In this document: positions 7,926 through 15,361 of the stretch, in pieces
Layout of the letters: each line of letters begins with the position of its first letter
Numbering within the stretch: the stretch's first letter is position 1
Virus record (IMG/VR): IMGVR_UViG_638275431_000001
Span: 1-19,195 of that record
Length of the DNA: 19,195 nt
Source: a virus
Taxonomy: Duplodnaviria; Heunggongvirae; Uroviricota; Caudoviricetes; Straboviridae
Reading direction: 5' to 3' (one strand)
Program-made: the position numbers and the translations under genes
Notes under the pieces: model-generated
Database searches by the model: none
Told to the model about the DNA's origin: nothing
What the model saw: only the letters and a program-made list of their open reading frames with translations

Positions 7926-7933
7926 TATAAATA
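7926..7933 (+). promoter_or_regulatory. T4 late promoter consensus, antisense to the early genes
   Basis: Exact TATAAATA in a non-coding gap. Function is not demonstrated. Confidence 0.5.
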
Positions 7934-7939
7934 AGATGA

Positions 7940-8145
7940 AACGATAAACTGGATCGTGCAAACACGACGGGCGAAGCCCGGTTCTTTTTATTCCAGTAAT
8001 CACTCAGGTGTTTTATCAATTCAACTGACTTGCTATATAGGCTGTTTCCCAGGTCACTCTCGGTGTGGGAACACCAGGTGTCACAGGATGAAGTCTGCCT
8101 CTTCCAAATATGATTCATTGAGACCACCTTTGATATGAACCAGGT
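7940..8145 (+). other. structured island B (sRNA or origin-like candidate)
   Basis: Stems at 7948-7953/7992-7997, 7954-7958/7963-7967 and 7968-7972/7976-7980 (GCGAAGC), followed by GTTCTTTTT. CCAGGT at 8049, 8074 and 8140. Confidence 0.45.
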
Positions 8146-8560
8146 GTCTAAGTAGGACCTCATCGTGATCATGCATGCATTGGGCGTCATCCAAGACCAC
8201 CCATCTATGGATATTATGATCGGCTACATGACGAAGAACACCAGTGCCACGAGATTTTCCGCCGCCAGTATCGTATGCTTCGGAATGATACGGAAGTTCG
8301 AGAAAATCACATATCATTTTTCCAGTATCACGCAAAACGACCCATGAGCTAATTACAACCGCTTTAGCATCATGTTTCTTTAGCCATTCCCTCAGCAAAC
8401 TGAGTCTATGGTTGCTGACAAAATCGCCACGATTGTATGGTGAAACACGATACAAGTGACTGTTCCGGTCAGTTCTCCATTCTGCGTGATCAGCACCCGT
8501 ATTGAGAACACCATCAATATCCAGATAAACAACTACTTCTTCATTTACTTGCTGATCCAT
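8081..8560 (-). CDS. HAD-superfamily phosphatase (resembles the HAD domains of RNA-repair 'Swiss army knife' proteins)
   Basis: Motif I YLDIDGVLN, motif II VVISSW and motif IV VVLDD. Probable start MDQQVN at 8560 with GAGG SD. Confidence 0.85.
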   Translation of the reverse strand: MDQQVNEEVVVYLDIDGVLNTGADHAEWRTDRNSHLYRVSPYNRGDFVSNHRLSLLREWLKKHDAKAVVISSWVVLRDTGKMICDFLELPYHSEAYDTGGGKSRGTGVLRHVADHNIHRWVVLDDAQCMHDHDEVLLRHLVHIKGGLNESYLEEADFIL

Positions 8561-8934
8561 TTTGGGCCTCGTTTGGTTCGTTGAATCCATCGGAAATCAG
8601 TGTTGATTACACGGTTCAAAACATGATGAGTCGCAGATTTTGATAGCCAAAACTGAAACTTCAGTTTTCGAGTGTCTCGACTTCTGATAAAAAGCTCATC
8701 CGCGCCAGTAAAACAGCCGTAAATCAATCTGTCATGATCGTAAACTGGAACTTCTCGGCCCTTAAGGAAGCAGTGTCGTGCGACCCGCAAAATAGCACAA
8801 AAATCTTCAGTTGAAATGAATTTTGCAAAGTGCGGGTTATTGTTAGCAAACGTAAATCCACGTGTGCCATATTTGCAACCATTTGCTGGAACCAAGCCGA
8901 AGTGATACGCTAACCAAGCGTAATTTTGTTTCAT
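8545..8934 (-). CDS. hypothetical protein
   Basis: Probable start MKQNY at 8934 (ATGA overlap with the upstream stop), 129 aa. Confidence 0.7.
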   Translation of the reverse strand: MKQNYAWLAYHFGLVPANGCKYGTRGFTFANNNPHFAKFISTEDFCAILRVARHCFLKGREVPVYDHDRLIYGCFTGADELFIRSRDTRKLKFQFWLSKSATHHVLNRVINTDFRWIQRTKRGPKWISK

Positions 8935-9179
8935 TCTCGAATCTCCACTAGTACACCATCCCTGAAAGGATTCGGTTTTGCTACCCACGTTTTGGCCGTC
9001 GGATGCTTTTGCCCAAGCATTTCACCAATAGATTTAATCAACGCTTCATATCGCGCATTATAATCTTTTCGTTTGACAAACCGCAGAAACATCGTTGAAT
9101 TCAACCGATTTCGGATTTCCATTGCTGTTTGGATCGTTGTGCCCCAGAAGCTATCCGCACCATAATGCTCGTAAATCAT
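8931..9179 (-). CDS. hypothetical protein
   Basis: 82 aa, ATGA-coupled at both ends. Confidence 0.7.
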   Translation of the reverse strand: MIYEHYGADSFWGTTIQTAMEIRNRLNSTMFLRFVKRKDYNARYEALIKSIGEMLGQKHPTAKTWVAKPNPFRDGVLVEIRE

Positions 9180-9433
9180 TTTGATGCCTCATTTTTAGCC
9201 CATTCGATGATTGTATTATAATCATCACTAACAAATGCTTGAGGAACATCTATTACAATTTGGAATTCTTCCATCGGAGAATCGGCATCACCTTCGACAC
9301 ACAAAACTCCATCAACCCTGCTAAATTCCCATGCCCCGTTAATAACATAAGCACTTTGAACTTTACCGTCGTGCCAGGTGACGTGTGATAAAAGAAGGGG
9401 TTTTTTCAACCCCTCTCCGAAAACAACTGTCAT
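9176..9433 (-). CDS. hypothetical protein
   Basis: 85 aa, start overlaps the dexA stop. Confidence 0.7.
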   Translation of the reverse strand: MTVVFGEGLKKPLLLSHVTWHDGKVQSAYVINGAWEFSRVDGVLCVEGDADSPMEEFQIVIDVPQAFVSDDYNTIIEWAKNEASK

Positions 9434-10095
9434 TTACGGACACTCCGCGGGTCAACATCATCACCAGTGGGAATATCGTCGAGACCGAGAGCGTATCGCT
9501 TGGAATAAAGCAATTCTAACGCAGCCTTGGCACAATCGTGAATTGCGTTATGGGCAACAAATCCATCCAAAACACCCTTAGGCATAGGGCACATGGTCAT
9601 ATCTCGCATCAACAGAGTAGCTTCTACAGCAGTACGAACATCACGTTGTTGCCAGAAGAAACATGGCTCATATTTGAATGTTTCACGGGTGTTGTAAATT
9701 TTGCGGATAACATCGACCATAATAGGAAAATCGAAGCTTTGACCGCGGCACCATCCCTGACCTGTTTTCTTGTCAAACCCTTGTGCTGCAAGAAAGTCAA
9801 GGAAGCTTTCATAAAATTCCATGACACTGACATCTTCACTCGATGGTTTAAGATGCTTTTGAGCTTCGGTATCTTGTTTTTTCCACCAATCGATTGTTCC
9901 TTGGTCAAAGAATCTCATGCCTTTTTGTTCTTGCAGATTGAATTTGAATCGACGCCCGCGTTTGCACAGGTCTTCAAATGTAGGCAGTTTGTATGGGTCA
10001 TGCTCAAACACCAAAACAGCAAGGTCAACTACTGCGCCATCAGGGGCATTGCCCATAGTTTCCCAGTCAATAATAAAATCTGTCACTTTGCTCAT
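9430..10095 (-). CDS. dexA: DexA 3'-5' exonuclease (DEDDh)
   Basis: 221 aa. DFIIDWETMG, GWCRGQSFDFPI, EPCFFWQQRDVRT and FVAHNAIHDCAK match T4 DexA. Confidence 0.93.
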   Translation of the reverse strand: MSKVTDFIIDWETMGNAPDGAVVDLAVLVFEHDPYKLPTFEDLCKRGRRFKFNLQEQKGMRFFDQGTIDWWKKQDTEAQKHLKPSSEDVSVMEFYESFLDFLAAQGFDKKTGQGWCRGQSFDFPIMVDVIRKIYNTRETFKYEPCFFWQQRDVRTAVEATLLMRDMTMCPMPKGVLDGFVAHNAIHDCAKAALELLYSKRYALGLDDIPTGDDVDPRSVRK

Positions 10096-10310
10096 ACTAA
10101 TCTACTCTCCACTTGGTTTGGTTTAATGTGCAATACCATATCAAAAGCATCGCTCAATATGCGATAACTTCCGAATTTGTATTGTAATACAGTTCCACTA
10201 TAGCGATACCCATTTTTGATAAAATAGACCAGTTGACCTGGTCTATAAATCGCTTTTTCGGGATACTTATACGAAACAGACATTTTTGCGGGCACGAGTA
10301 TTTCCGACAT
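10092..10310 (-). CDS. hypothetical protein, possible KOW/SH3-like beta fold
   Basis: 72 aa; YRPGQLVYF...GTVL pattern. Start is uncertain (10310 or 10283). Confidence 0.6.
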   Translation of the reverse strand: MSEILVPAKMSVSYKYPEKAIYRPGQLVYFIKNGYRYSGTVLQYKFGSYRILSDAFDMVLHIKPNQVESRLV

Positions 10311-11586
10311 AAATCAATTCCTGTGCAACATCCGGGTCTCTGCAATATTGATGCAAACACGGAGTAAAAAGATATGCATTATCGAATGTTGAACCCTGTG
10401 ATTTATGAAATGTCATTGCACCCAAGGGTCGAACTTTAACGAAAGTATTACGTATTGCCCAGAAGTCTTTCCAGTTGGGGAAAACTTCACGACTTCTATA
10501 TTTTTCAGCAATAATAGACAAAAATTCGTTTATTGCATATTGAGTATTTTGGTCATGAACAACCGTAAACCACGCCCGTCTATAGTCATCTTCATCTTCT
10601 TCATAAGATTCACACTCAAGCATTGTGCATTCGACTTCAATTTCGCCGACACCTTTTGCTTTAAGCGTTTTGCGAGAAGGTTTGATGTTTATAACCCGTA
10701 CGTTTTGTCCATTGTTGAAAATGACTTCTTTTAGAGTTTGGCCACCAATGTCTATGTCAAACATGAGTGGTTCTTGCATGACCAATATTTCATCTGGAAA
10801 GAATGGCGCAACGTTTGCCCCATATAGCTGTTTGCGAATAACGGAATTTAGCTTATCAACAGAATTGTTTGTGTAAGCCATTATGCGATTTTCAAGTAGG
10901 TCATTTGGCGTTTTTGTTCTTTCGAAATATTTTGAAAGAAAATCTTTGACCGTATGAAATTGCTTTACTCCATTACCAGAATCGTCAAGCTTTTCATAAA
11001 TCCATTTGCCATTTCGGATATCTGTTGCAACTTCAATGATTGGGCCTTGGTGACGTTTTACTTCGGTCAATTCGACTTGTTCAAATCGATTGTCTGTGAA
11101 GAATGGACTGAGTTCATGCGTATCATCTTCTGATACTCCCCGAATTTGCGCCTTATCTCCAATGCCGATAACAACGCAATGAGATGGAACATTTCGCATC
11201 AGAATGTCAAACAATTTTGCGGGTATAAAAACCGATACTTCGTCGCAGATAAGCACACGTGTTTTGGAGAAGTCAGGAGTACCTTTCTGCTCAAAAATTC
11301 GATTTTCTTCGAGAGTGCTTGGGTTAATCTTCAGGACAGACTGAATTGTATACGACTTGCGCAAGGCATGCTGGGACAATTCTTTCTTTGCTTGGTGCGT
11401 AGGTGCTGTGAGAACAATACCTTGTTGGCCGGTTTGGAAAAGGCGTTCAAAGAAAAAACGGGTCATAGTAGTTTTACCAGAGCCCGCAGGCCCTCGAATG
11501 GTAATATGGCGTTTAGTTCTCATTGCTTGGAGTGCTTTTTCAATAGCATCTTTTTGACCAACAGTCAAATCATCATATGTTACCAT
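10267..11586 (-). CDS. dda: Dda SF1B DNA helicase
   Basis: 439 aa. Walker A GPAGSGKT, APTHQA, DEVS, GDKAQI, TFHKSQGST and YVGNTRAR. Confidence 0.95.
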   Translation of the reverse strand: MVTYDDLTVGQKDAIEKALQAMRTKRHITIRGPAGSGKTTMTRFFFERLFQTGQQGIVLTAPTHQAKKELSQHALRKSYTIQSVLKINPSTLEENRIFEQKGTPDFSKTRVLICDEVSVFIPAKLFDILMRNVPSHCVVIGIGDKAQIRGVSEDDTHELSPFFTDNRFEQVELTEVKRHQGPIIEVATDIRNGKWIYEKLDDSGNGVKQFHTVKDFLSKYFERTKTPNDLLENRIMAYTNNSVDKLNSVIRKQLYGANVAPFFPDEILVMQEPLMFDIDIGGQTLKEVIFNNGQNVRVINIKPSRKTLKAKGVGEIEVECTMLECESYEEDEDDYRRAWFTVVHDQNTQYAINEFLSIIAEKYRSREVFPNWKDFWAIRNTFVKVRPLGAMTFHKSQGSTFDNAYLFTPCLHQYCRDPDVAQELIYVGNTRARKNVCFV

Positions 11587-11588
11587 TT

Positions 11589-11900
11589 TTACCTCATTTG
11601 TTTTGGCATCACGTTAATATCAGCGATATGCATTGTATCACACAGTCGTTTATGCGTATTGGCCAAATATTCCGACGGCTTGTTGATCGCGACTATTGTT
11701 GGAAGCCCAAATAGTCGCTTTTTGACGACTTTTGTTCCTTTCAAATACTCTGCTATGGCTTCTTTCGCTTTCTGCATATTAGCTTTGGCATCTTCCCACG
11801 AATTATGGAATACAACGCCGCTAGATGAGCCGTACAAATTGCCGTCCACAAAATGACAGAATCCTTCGACGTCTTTCCATTGGATTACATATTTTTTCAT
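11589..11900 (-). CDS. hypothetical protein
   Basis: 103 aa, packed in the operon. Confidence 0.7.
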   Translation of the reverse strand: MKKYVIQWKDVEGFCHFVDGNLYGSSSGVVFHNSWEDAKANMQKAKEAIAEYLKGTKVVKKRLFGLPTIVAINKPSEYLANTHKRLCDTMHIADINVMPKQMR

Positions 11901-11903
11901 GAA

Positions 11904-12095
11904 TCACCCGTGGCAGAAAATATACCCATTTCCATTGGGATTACTGACAACTTTTATATCAGGAATGAATGTCATATCAAACTTTTCTGCTTTAAAAGTG
12001 TAATTGACTCGGATTAGAACACCGTTAGGTGTATTCATAGCAAATGTTACACCATGATTGTCCCGGTTAATTTCAATCCATTTGACTTCATACAT
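11904..12095 (-). CDS. hypothetical protein
   Basis: Probable start MYEVKW at 12095 with GAGG SD, 63 aa. Confidence 0.65.
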   Translation of the reverse strand: MYEVKWIEINRDNHGVTFAMNTPNGVLIRVNYTFKAEKFDMTFIPDIKVVSNPNGNGYIFCHG

Positions 12096-12219
12096 AGCAA
12101 AAATCCTCATATTTGATTGTTTGAAATGGAATATATGGGGCGTAAATAGACGCCCTTCCTTCTTCAACATCTAGTTTGCGCAAGCGATTGATTTCATCAA
12201 TTTCATCTTGTTCAAGCAT
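12088..12219 (-). CDS. 43-aa micro-protein
   Basis: MLEQDEIDEINRLRKLDVEEGRASIYAPYIPFQTIKYEDFCYV. Coupled to the gene 56 stop (TAATG) and overlapping the next start. Hand-translated. Confidence 0.6.
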   Translation of the reverse strand: MLEQDEIDEINRLRKLDVEEGRASIYAPYIPFQTIKYEDFCYV

Positions 12220-12734
12220 TAATATCCATTCTCCTGCCTTGCGAAGTTTTCGGCATTTTTCAAATAATAGAGTTTGAAGATTTCATCACCATCCATGCCC
12301 ATAGCAATGATCTTGTTAAGAACAAAATGCATTTGGTCAATCAACTCAAATTTTGCTTCGAGTTGGTCTTCAGGTGACAATTCAGAAAATAGTCGATTAC
12401 GATATTCATCATGTTCGGCACGCCATGGTTTCCAGATCGCATTCGGTTTGGGATTACTCATTCCACCCAGAGCAGTATAATGCTCGCGAATCTCATCTGC
12501 AATATAATCATCCTGAGCTTGGCACCAGTCAAGAATTTCGCCGCAAGTTTTAAGCTCTCGTGGGTCGCGATTGTATTTCGGGTGTCGTTGCGCGAGCTCA
12601 ATTTGAAGTTGGCGTTGCATATCAATCATTCGATTGAGAGGATTATCGTGGGCACTAAGGCAATCATTCAGCGCATTTGCTGCCTTGTCCATATCATTGG
12701 CCAACTGAGCGCATTCATTGAATTGAGGTGTCAT
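12219..12734 (-). CDS. 56: dCTP pyrophosphatase/dUTPase gp56
   Basis: 171 aa. FNECAQL, MIDMQRQLQ, WKPW, SPEDQLEAKFELIDQMHF and EIFKLYYLKNAENFARQENGY match T4 gp56. Confidence 0.94.
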   Translation of the reverse strand: MTPQFNECAQLANDMDKAANALNDCLSAHDNPLNRMIDMQRQLQIELAQRHPKYNRDPRELKTCGEILDWCQAQDDYIADEIREHYTALGGMSNPKPNAIWKPWRAEHDEYRNRLFSELSPEDQLEAKFELIDQMHFVLNKIIAMGMDGDEIFKLYYLKNAENFARQENGY

Positions 12735-12759
12735 TTTATTCTCCTATGTTAGTTATAAT

Positions 12760-12788
12760 ATTATATCATTTTTCAACACAAACAGCAA
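12760..12788 (-). promoter_or_regulatory. promoter for gene 56
   Basis: TTGCTG-17 bp-TATAAT with TGn extension, upstream of the AGGAG SD. Confidence 0.6.
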
Positions 12789-12925
12789 GTATATTTCCTA
12801 GAATCAGGGGTATTTTCATTTACCCACACATTCGAGCTTTTTCGCAAGAATCATATGTGTTAAACGGGATAGAATGAACAGAAGACATTCCTGTTCCAAC
12901 TATGGTGAGAATAAGAATCCAACAT
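12766..12925 (-). pseudogene. frameshifted small membrane/secreted protein (about 52 aa, two Cys)
   Basis: Three single-base homopolymer corrections give MWILILTIVGTGMSSVHSIPFNTYDSCEKARNVWVNENTPDSRNILAVCVEK. GAGGG SD upstream. Confidence 0.45.
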
Positions 12926-12937
12926 TTTGCATTACCC

Positions 12938-13621
12938 TCATCGTTCCCTATTGCCATAGTTTCGCATACCTTGACGACTCTGCTGAATATTCATTTTCAA
13001 ATTATCAATGGTCATATTGATAAAACCAGTTTCGATTTTATACTCCACTGATTTGAATTCGTTAATTAGACCAGCAGAACGTGCTTGAGCTACCCATCTG
13101 CCCATCACCTCGTTGCGAACTATCCTGTACGCGCAGTTGCGCATCCAAATCGGAGCATTTTTGTCACGGTAATCTGTGTAGCTCGTTTTTCCACGAAAGT
13201 TGAGTTCATCCCCTTGCTTTGCTTGCCAAATGAGATCTGCCACCGTGTCTTTTTCGACAGGTCGATTACTTGTAGCTTTAGCAGAATCGGTTCTGACAAT
13301 TTCAGAATGTGGTTTTTTCTGAACACCTTCCAATTCGGCAATAATCTGCAACTCAATGATGCGGTCAGTCATATTGTCTTTTAGTTCAGACAATGATGTT
13401 GAAGCATTCCGGGTTTTGATATACGCACGCTGGTCAACTTTAACCCCGGGGATATGCGATACCGCCTTAAATGCTTCTGCCATTTGATCATCCAGCAAAG
13501 AAATTTCTGGAACAGCGCAAATAGCTTTCTCGATAGCATTCAGATTTTTTACTTGGCAATCCAAGCTAGCAGCAGAAGCTGTAGAAGCAGCGAATAATAG
13601 AGCAATAGTCAGAGCTTTCAT
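12938..13621 (-). CDS. exported protein with LprI-like (lysozyme inhibitor, DUF1311-type) N-terminal domain
   Basis: 227 aa. Sec signal peptide MKALTIALLFAASTASA, then ASLDC...IEKAIC..PEISLLDDQMAEAF...DQRAY, matching the LprI-type pattern AxxDC-x8-EKxIC-x4-LxxLD. Confidence 0.7.
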   Translation of the reverse strand: MKALTIALLFAASTASAASLDCQVKNLNAIEKAICAVPEISLLDDQMAEAFKAVSHIPGVKVDQRAYIKTRNASTSLSELKDNMTDRIIELQIIAELEGVQKKPHSEIVRTDSAKATSNRPVEKDTVADLIWQAKQGDELNFRGKTSYTDYRDKNAPIWMRNCAYRIVRNEVMGRWVAQARSAGLINEFKSVEYKIETGFINMTIDNLKMNIQQSRQGMRNYGNRER

Positions 13622-13788
13622 GTTTTGTTCTCCGTATTTTGCATATCGCGGACAGCCTCCAGCGCACCACGGTCGAAATCGTTAAAATCGAAAGAATTAT
13701 CTGCTTGTGCTTCAATTTCTTCACGAGATTGAGTTTTTGCAGCGTCAAAAGCCCACTTATATCCACGTTTATAAAGCTCAGATTTCAT
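13618..13788 (-). CDS. 56-aa hypothetical protein
   Basis: MKSELYKRGYKWAFDAAK...DNSFDFNDFDRGALEAVRD..., overlapping both neighbours. Hand-translated. Confidence 0.7.
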   Translation of the reverse strand: MKSELYKRGYKWAFDAAKTQSREEIEAQADNSFDFNDFDRGALEAVRDMQNTENKT

Positions 13789-14239
13789 TCATTTTTTCCT
13801 TATATTCGTCAATCTGCTTAAGTTGCTGAATTTGTTTTTCAGTCAACTTGTGCTTTTCGGGAATCATCTCAGAAATTCTTGTGCGACTCAACGAGATGTC
13901 AGCTTTTGACGGTTCCCATTCGCCAAATAAATGTGCATATTCGGGAAAGAAAATTTCAACTTTCCAATTGTCAGTCGCCGAATAGCCGCGTTTTGTCATT
14001 TCTTCCATTAGCATCAGATATCGATCGCGTAGCCAAGCCAATTTGTTGTAAAAGAAAGTTACATGCCCTCGACCACCGAGAGGGTTTTTATTTGTGCGAA
14101 CGGTAAATTTTGATGGAATTTTACCAGTCTTTCCGTTTTTCTTGATCAAAATGCTCGCAACCCGAGGATTCTCATACCATTCGCCTATGAGGTGAGCATT
14201 GCACAATAGAGAAGGATGTTCGAGATTTATGCGTGTCAT
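13778..14239 (-). CDS. denV: pyrimidine-dimer DNA glycosylase/AP lyase (endonuclease V)
   Basis: 153 aa. MTRINL start, catalytic Thr2 and Glu23, Arg26 and GHVTFFYNKL are conserved. Confidence 0.93.
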   Translation of the reverse strand: MTRINLEHPSLLCNAHLIGEWYENPRVASILIKKNGKTGKIPSKFTVRTNKNPLGGRGHVTFFYNKLAWLRDRYLMLMEEMTKRGYSATDNWKVEIFFPEYAHLFGEWEPSKADISLSRTRISEMIPEKHKLTEKQIQQLKQIDEYKEKMNEI

Positions 14240-14274
14240 AGATGTTCAAATTGCCATTTGTTTAACTTACGGAT

Positions 14275-14304
14275 ATCCTATCACGTTGCAATTTGAAAGT
14301 AAAC
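14275..14304 (-). promoter_or_regulatory. T4-type early promoter for denV
   Basis: GTTTAC at 14304-14299 and TAGGAT at 14280-14275 with TGn extension. Confidence 0.7.
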
Positions 14305-14322
14305 AGTAAAATTCACTAAATA

Positions 14323-15327
14323 TTATACTCGTTTCCACTTGCCGAATCTGAGTTTTGCTTGCAAACCCGAGGTAGTGTTATCTCGAAAATATTTCTCTAT
14401 TTCTTCAGAGGTTGCTCCGTTTTTGGCTATCATATCATTCACGTCTTTGGACGCCCAAGGGCACCTGTCCCACATCACAACTCGTTCACCTGCATCTATT
14501 AGTCTAGACAGCCGCTTGCATGTATCAGGATGAAATGGTTCATTATCAAGAACCCATACTCGAGTGCTTTTGAACGGCACTTCGTTTAGTGCAAGACTAC
14601 CGCCAGTGATAGCTCCAGAATTCGGAATGAAGAGGGAGTCAATTGGTCCTTCCATAAACCATACAGTTCGGTTCCCATCAATTGTGTCCATTCCGTAAAT
14701 TTTTGATGCATCTTCATGAGCCTTTATAGTGATGTATTTGTTTGGACTAGCTGATAGAGCTCTTCCCTGAAAAGACTGGATTTCACCATTTTTGTCAAAT
14801 ATTGGGATAACCAATCTATTTTCCGGCGATTCACGGGTATATGTATCTGGTGAAATAGAATTTACCAATTTTTGCCATTCACGAGTAAACCACAACCTCT
14901 TGTATGCTGTTGTCGGTATTTTTCTGTTTGCGACATATTTTACTATAGGATGGTTCACTGGTAGTAAATCTAGACGATCACAAAAATTTAACTTTTCAAT
15001 CACCGGCATTTTTTTTGTGAAAAGATTTTCTACTGGTTTTGTTTCTGTCTTGAAGACAGTGCTTTCTTTCCTTCTTTCTAATAGCCATTCACGATAAAGT
15101 TCTTCTTCTCGTTCCTTTAAATACCCGCCCAAATTGCTATGATAACCACAGTTAAAGCAATGAACTTGCCACTCGCCCTTCTTCTCATACATCCAAAAGC
15201 GGGCTTTGTTCATGTCTGTCATGGAATCACCACATATTGGACATCTCGAATTGAACTTTCCCTTCTTTCGTTTGAATTTTGGCAAATGCATCATTGCTCT
15301 TTCAGCAAACAAAAAATCAGCAAACAT
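14323..15327 (-). CDS. 61: DNA primase gp61
   Basis: Zn ribbon CPICGDS...CFNC and TOPRIM EGPIDSLF/DNEP. True start is probably MFADFLF at 15327 (GGAG SD), giving 334 aa; the ORF-track start at 15429 is too long. Confidence 0.95.
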   Translation of the reverse strand: MFADFLFAERAMMHLPKFKRKKGKFNSRCPICGDSMTDMNKARFWMYEKKGEWQVHCFNCGYHSNLGGYLKEREEELYREWLLERRKESTVFKTETKPVENLFTKKMPVIEKLNFCDRLDLLPVNHPIVKYVANRKIPTTAYKRLWFTREWQKLVNSISPDTYTRESPENRLVIPIFDKNGEIQSFQGRALSASPNKYITIKAHEDASKIYGMDTIDGNRTVWFMEGPIDSLFIPNSGAITGGSLALNEVPFKSTRVWVLDNEPFHPDTCKRLSRLIDAGERVVMWDRCPWASKDVNDMIAKNGATSEEIEKYFRDNTTSGLQAKLRFGKWKRV

Positions 15328-15337
15328 AATAACTCCA

Positions 15338-15358
15338 AATGGGGCTCTTGGCCCCATT
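15338..15358 (-). terminator. hairpin directly upstream of the primase SD (weak terminator or regulatory stem)
   Basis: 8-bp stem AATGGGGC/GCCCCATT with only a short T tail. Confidence 0.45.
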
Positions 15359-15361
15359 ATA

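Noticed and set aside
7934-8000. Hammerhead ribozyme or tRNA in island B
   Set aside because: No CUGANGA/GAAA core in the right arrangement, and no T-loop, anticodon arm or CCA end.
2749-8145. CRISPR-like mini-array from the CCAGGT repeats
   Set aside because: The repeats are only 6-11 bp with irregular spacing and there is no repeat-spacer periodicity.
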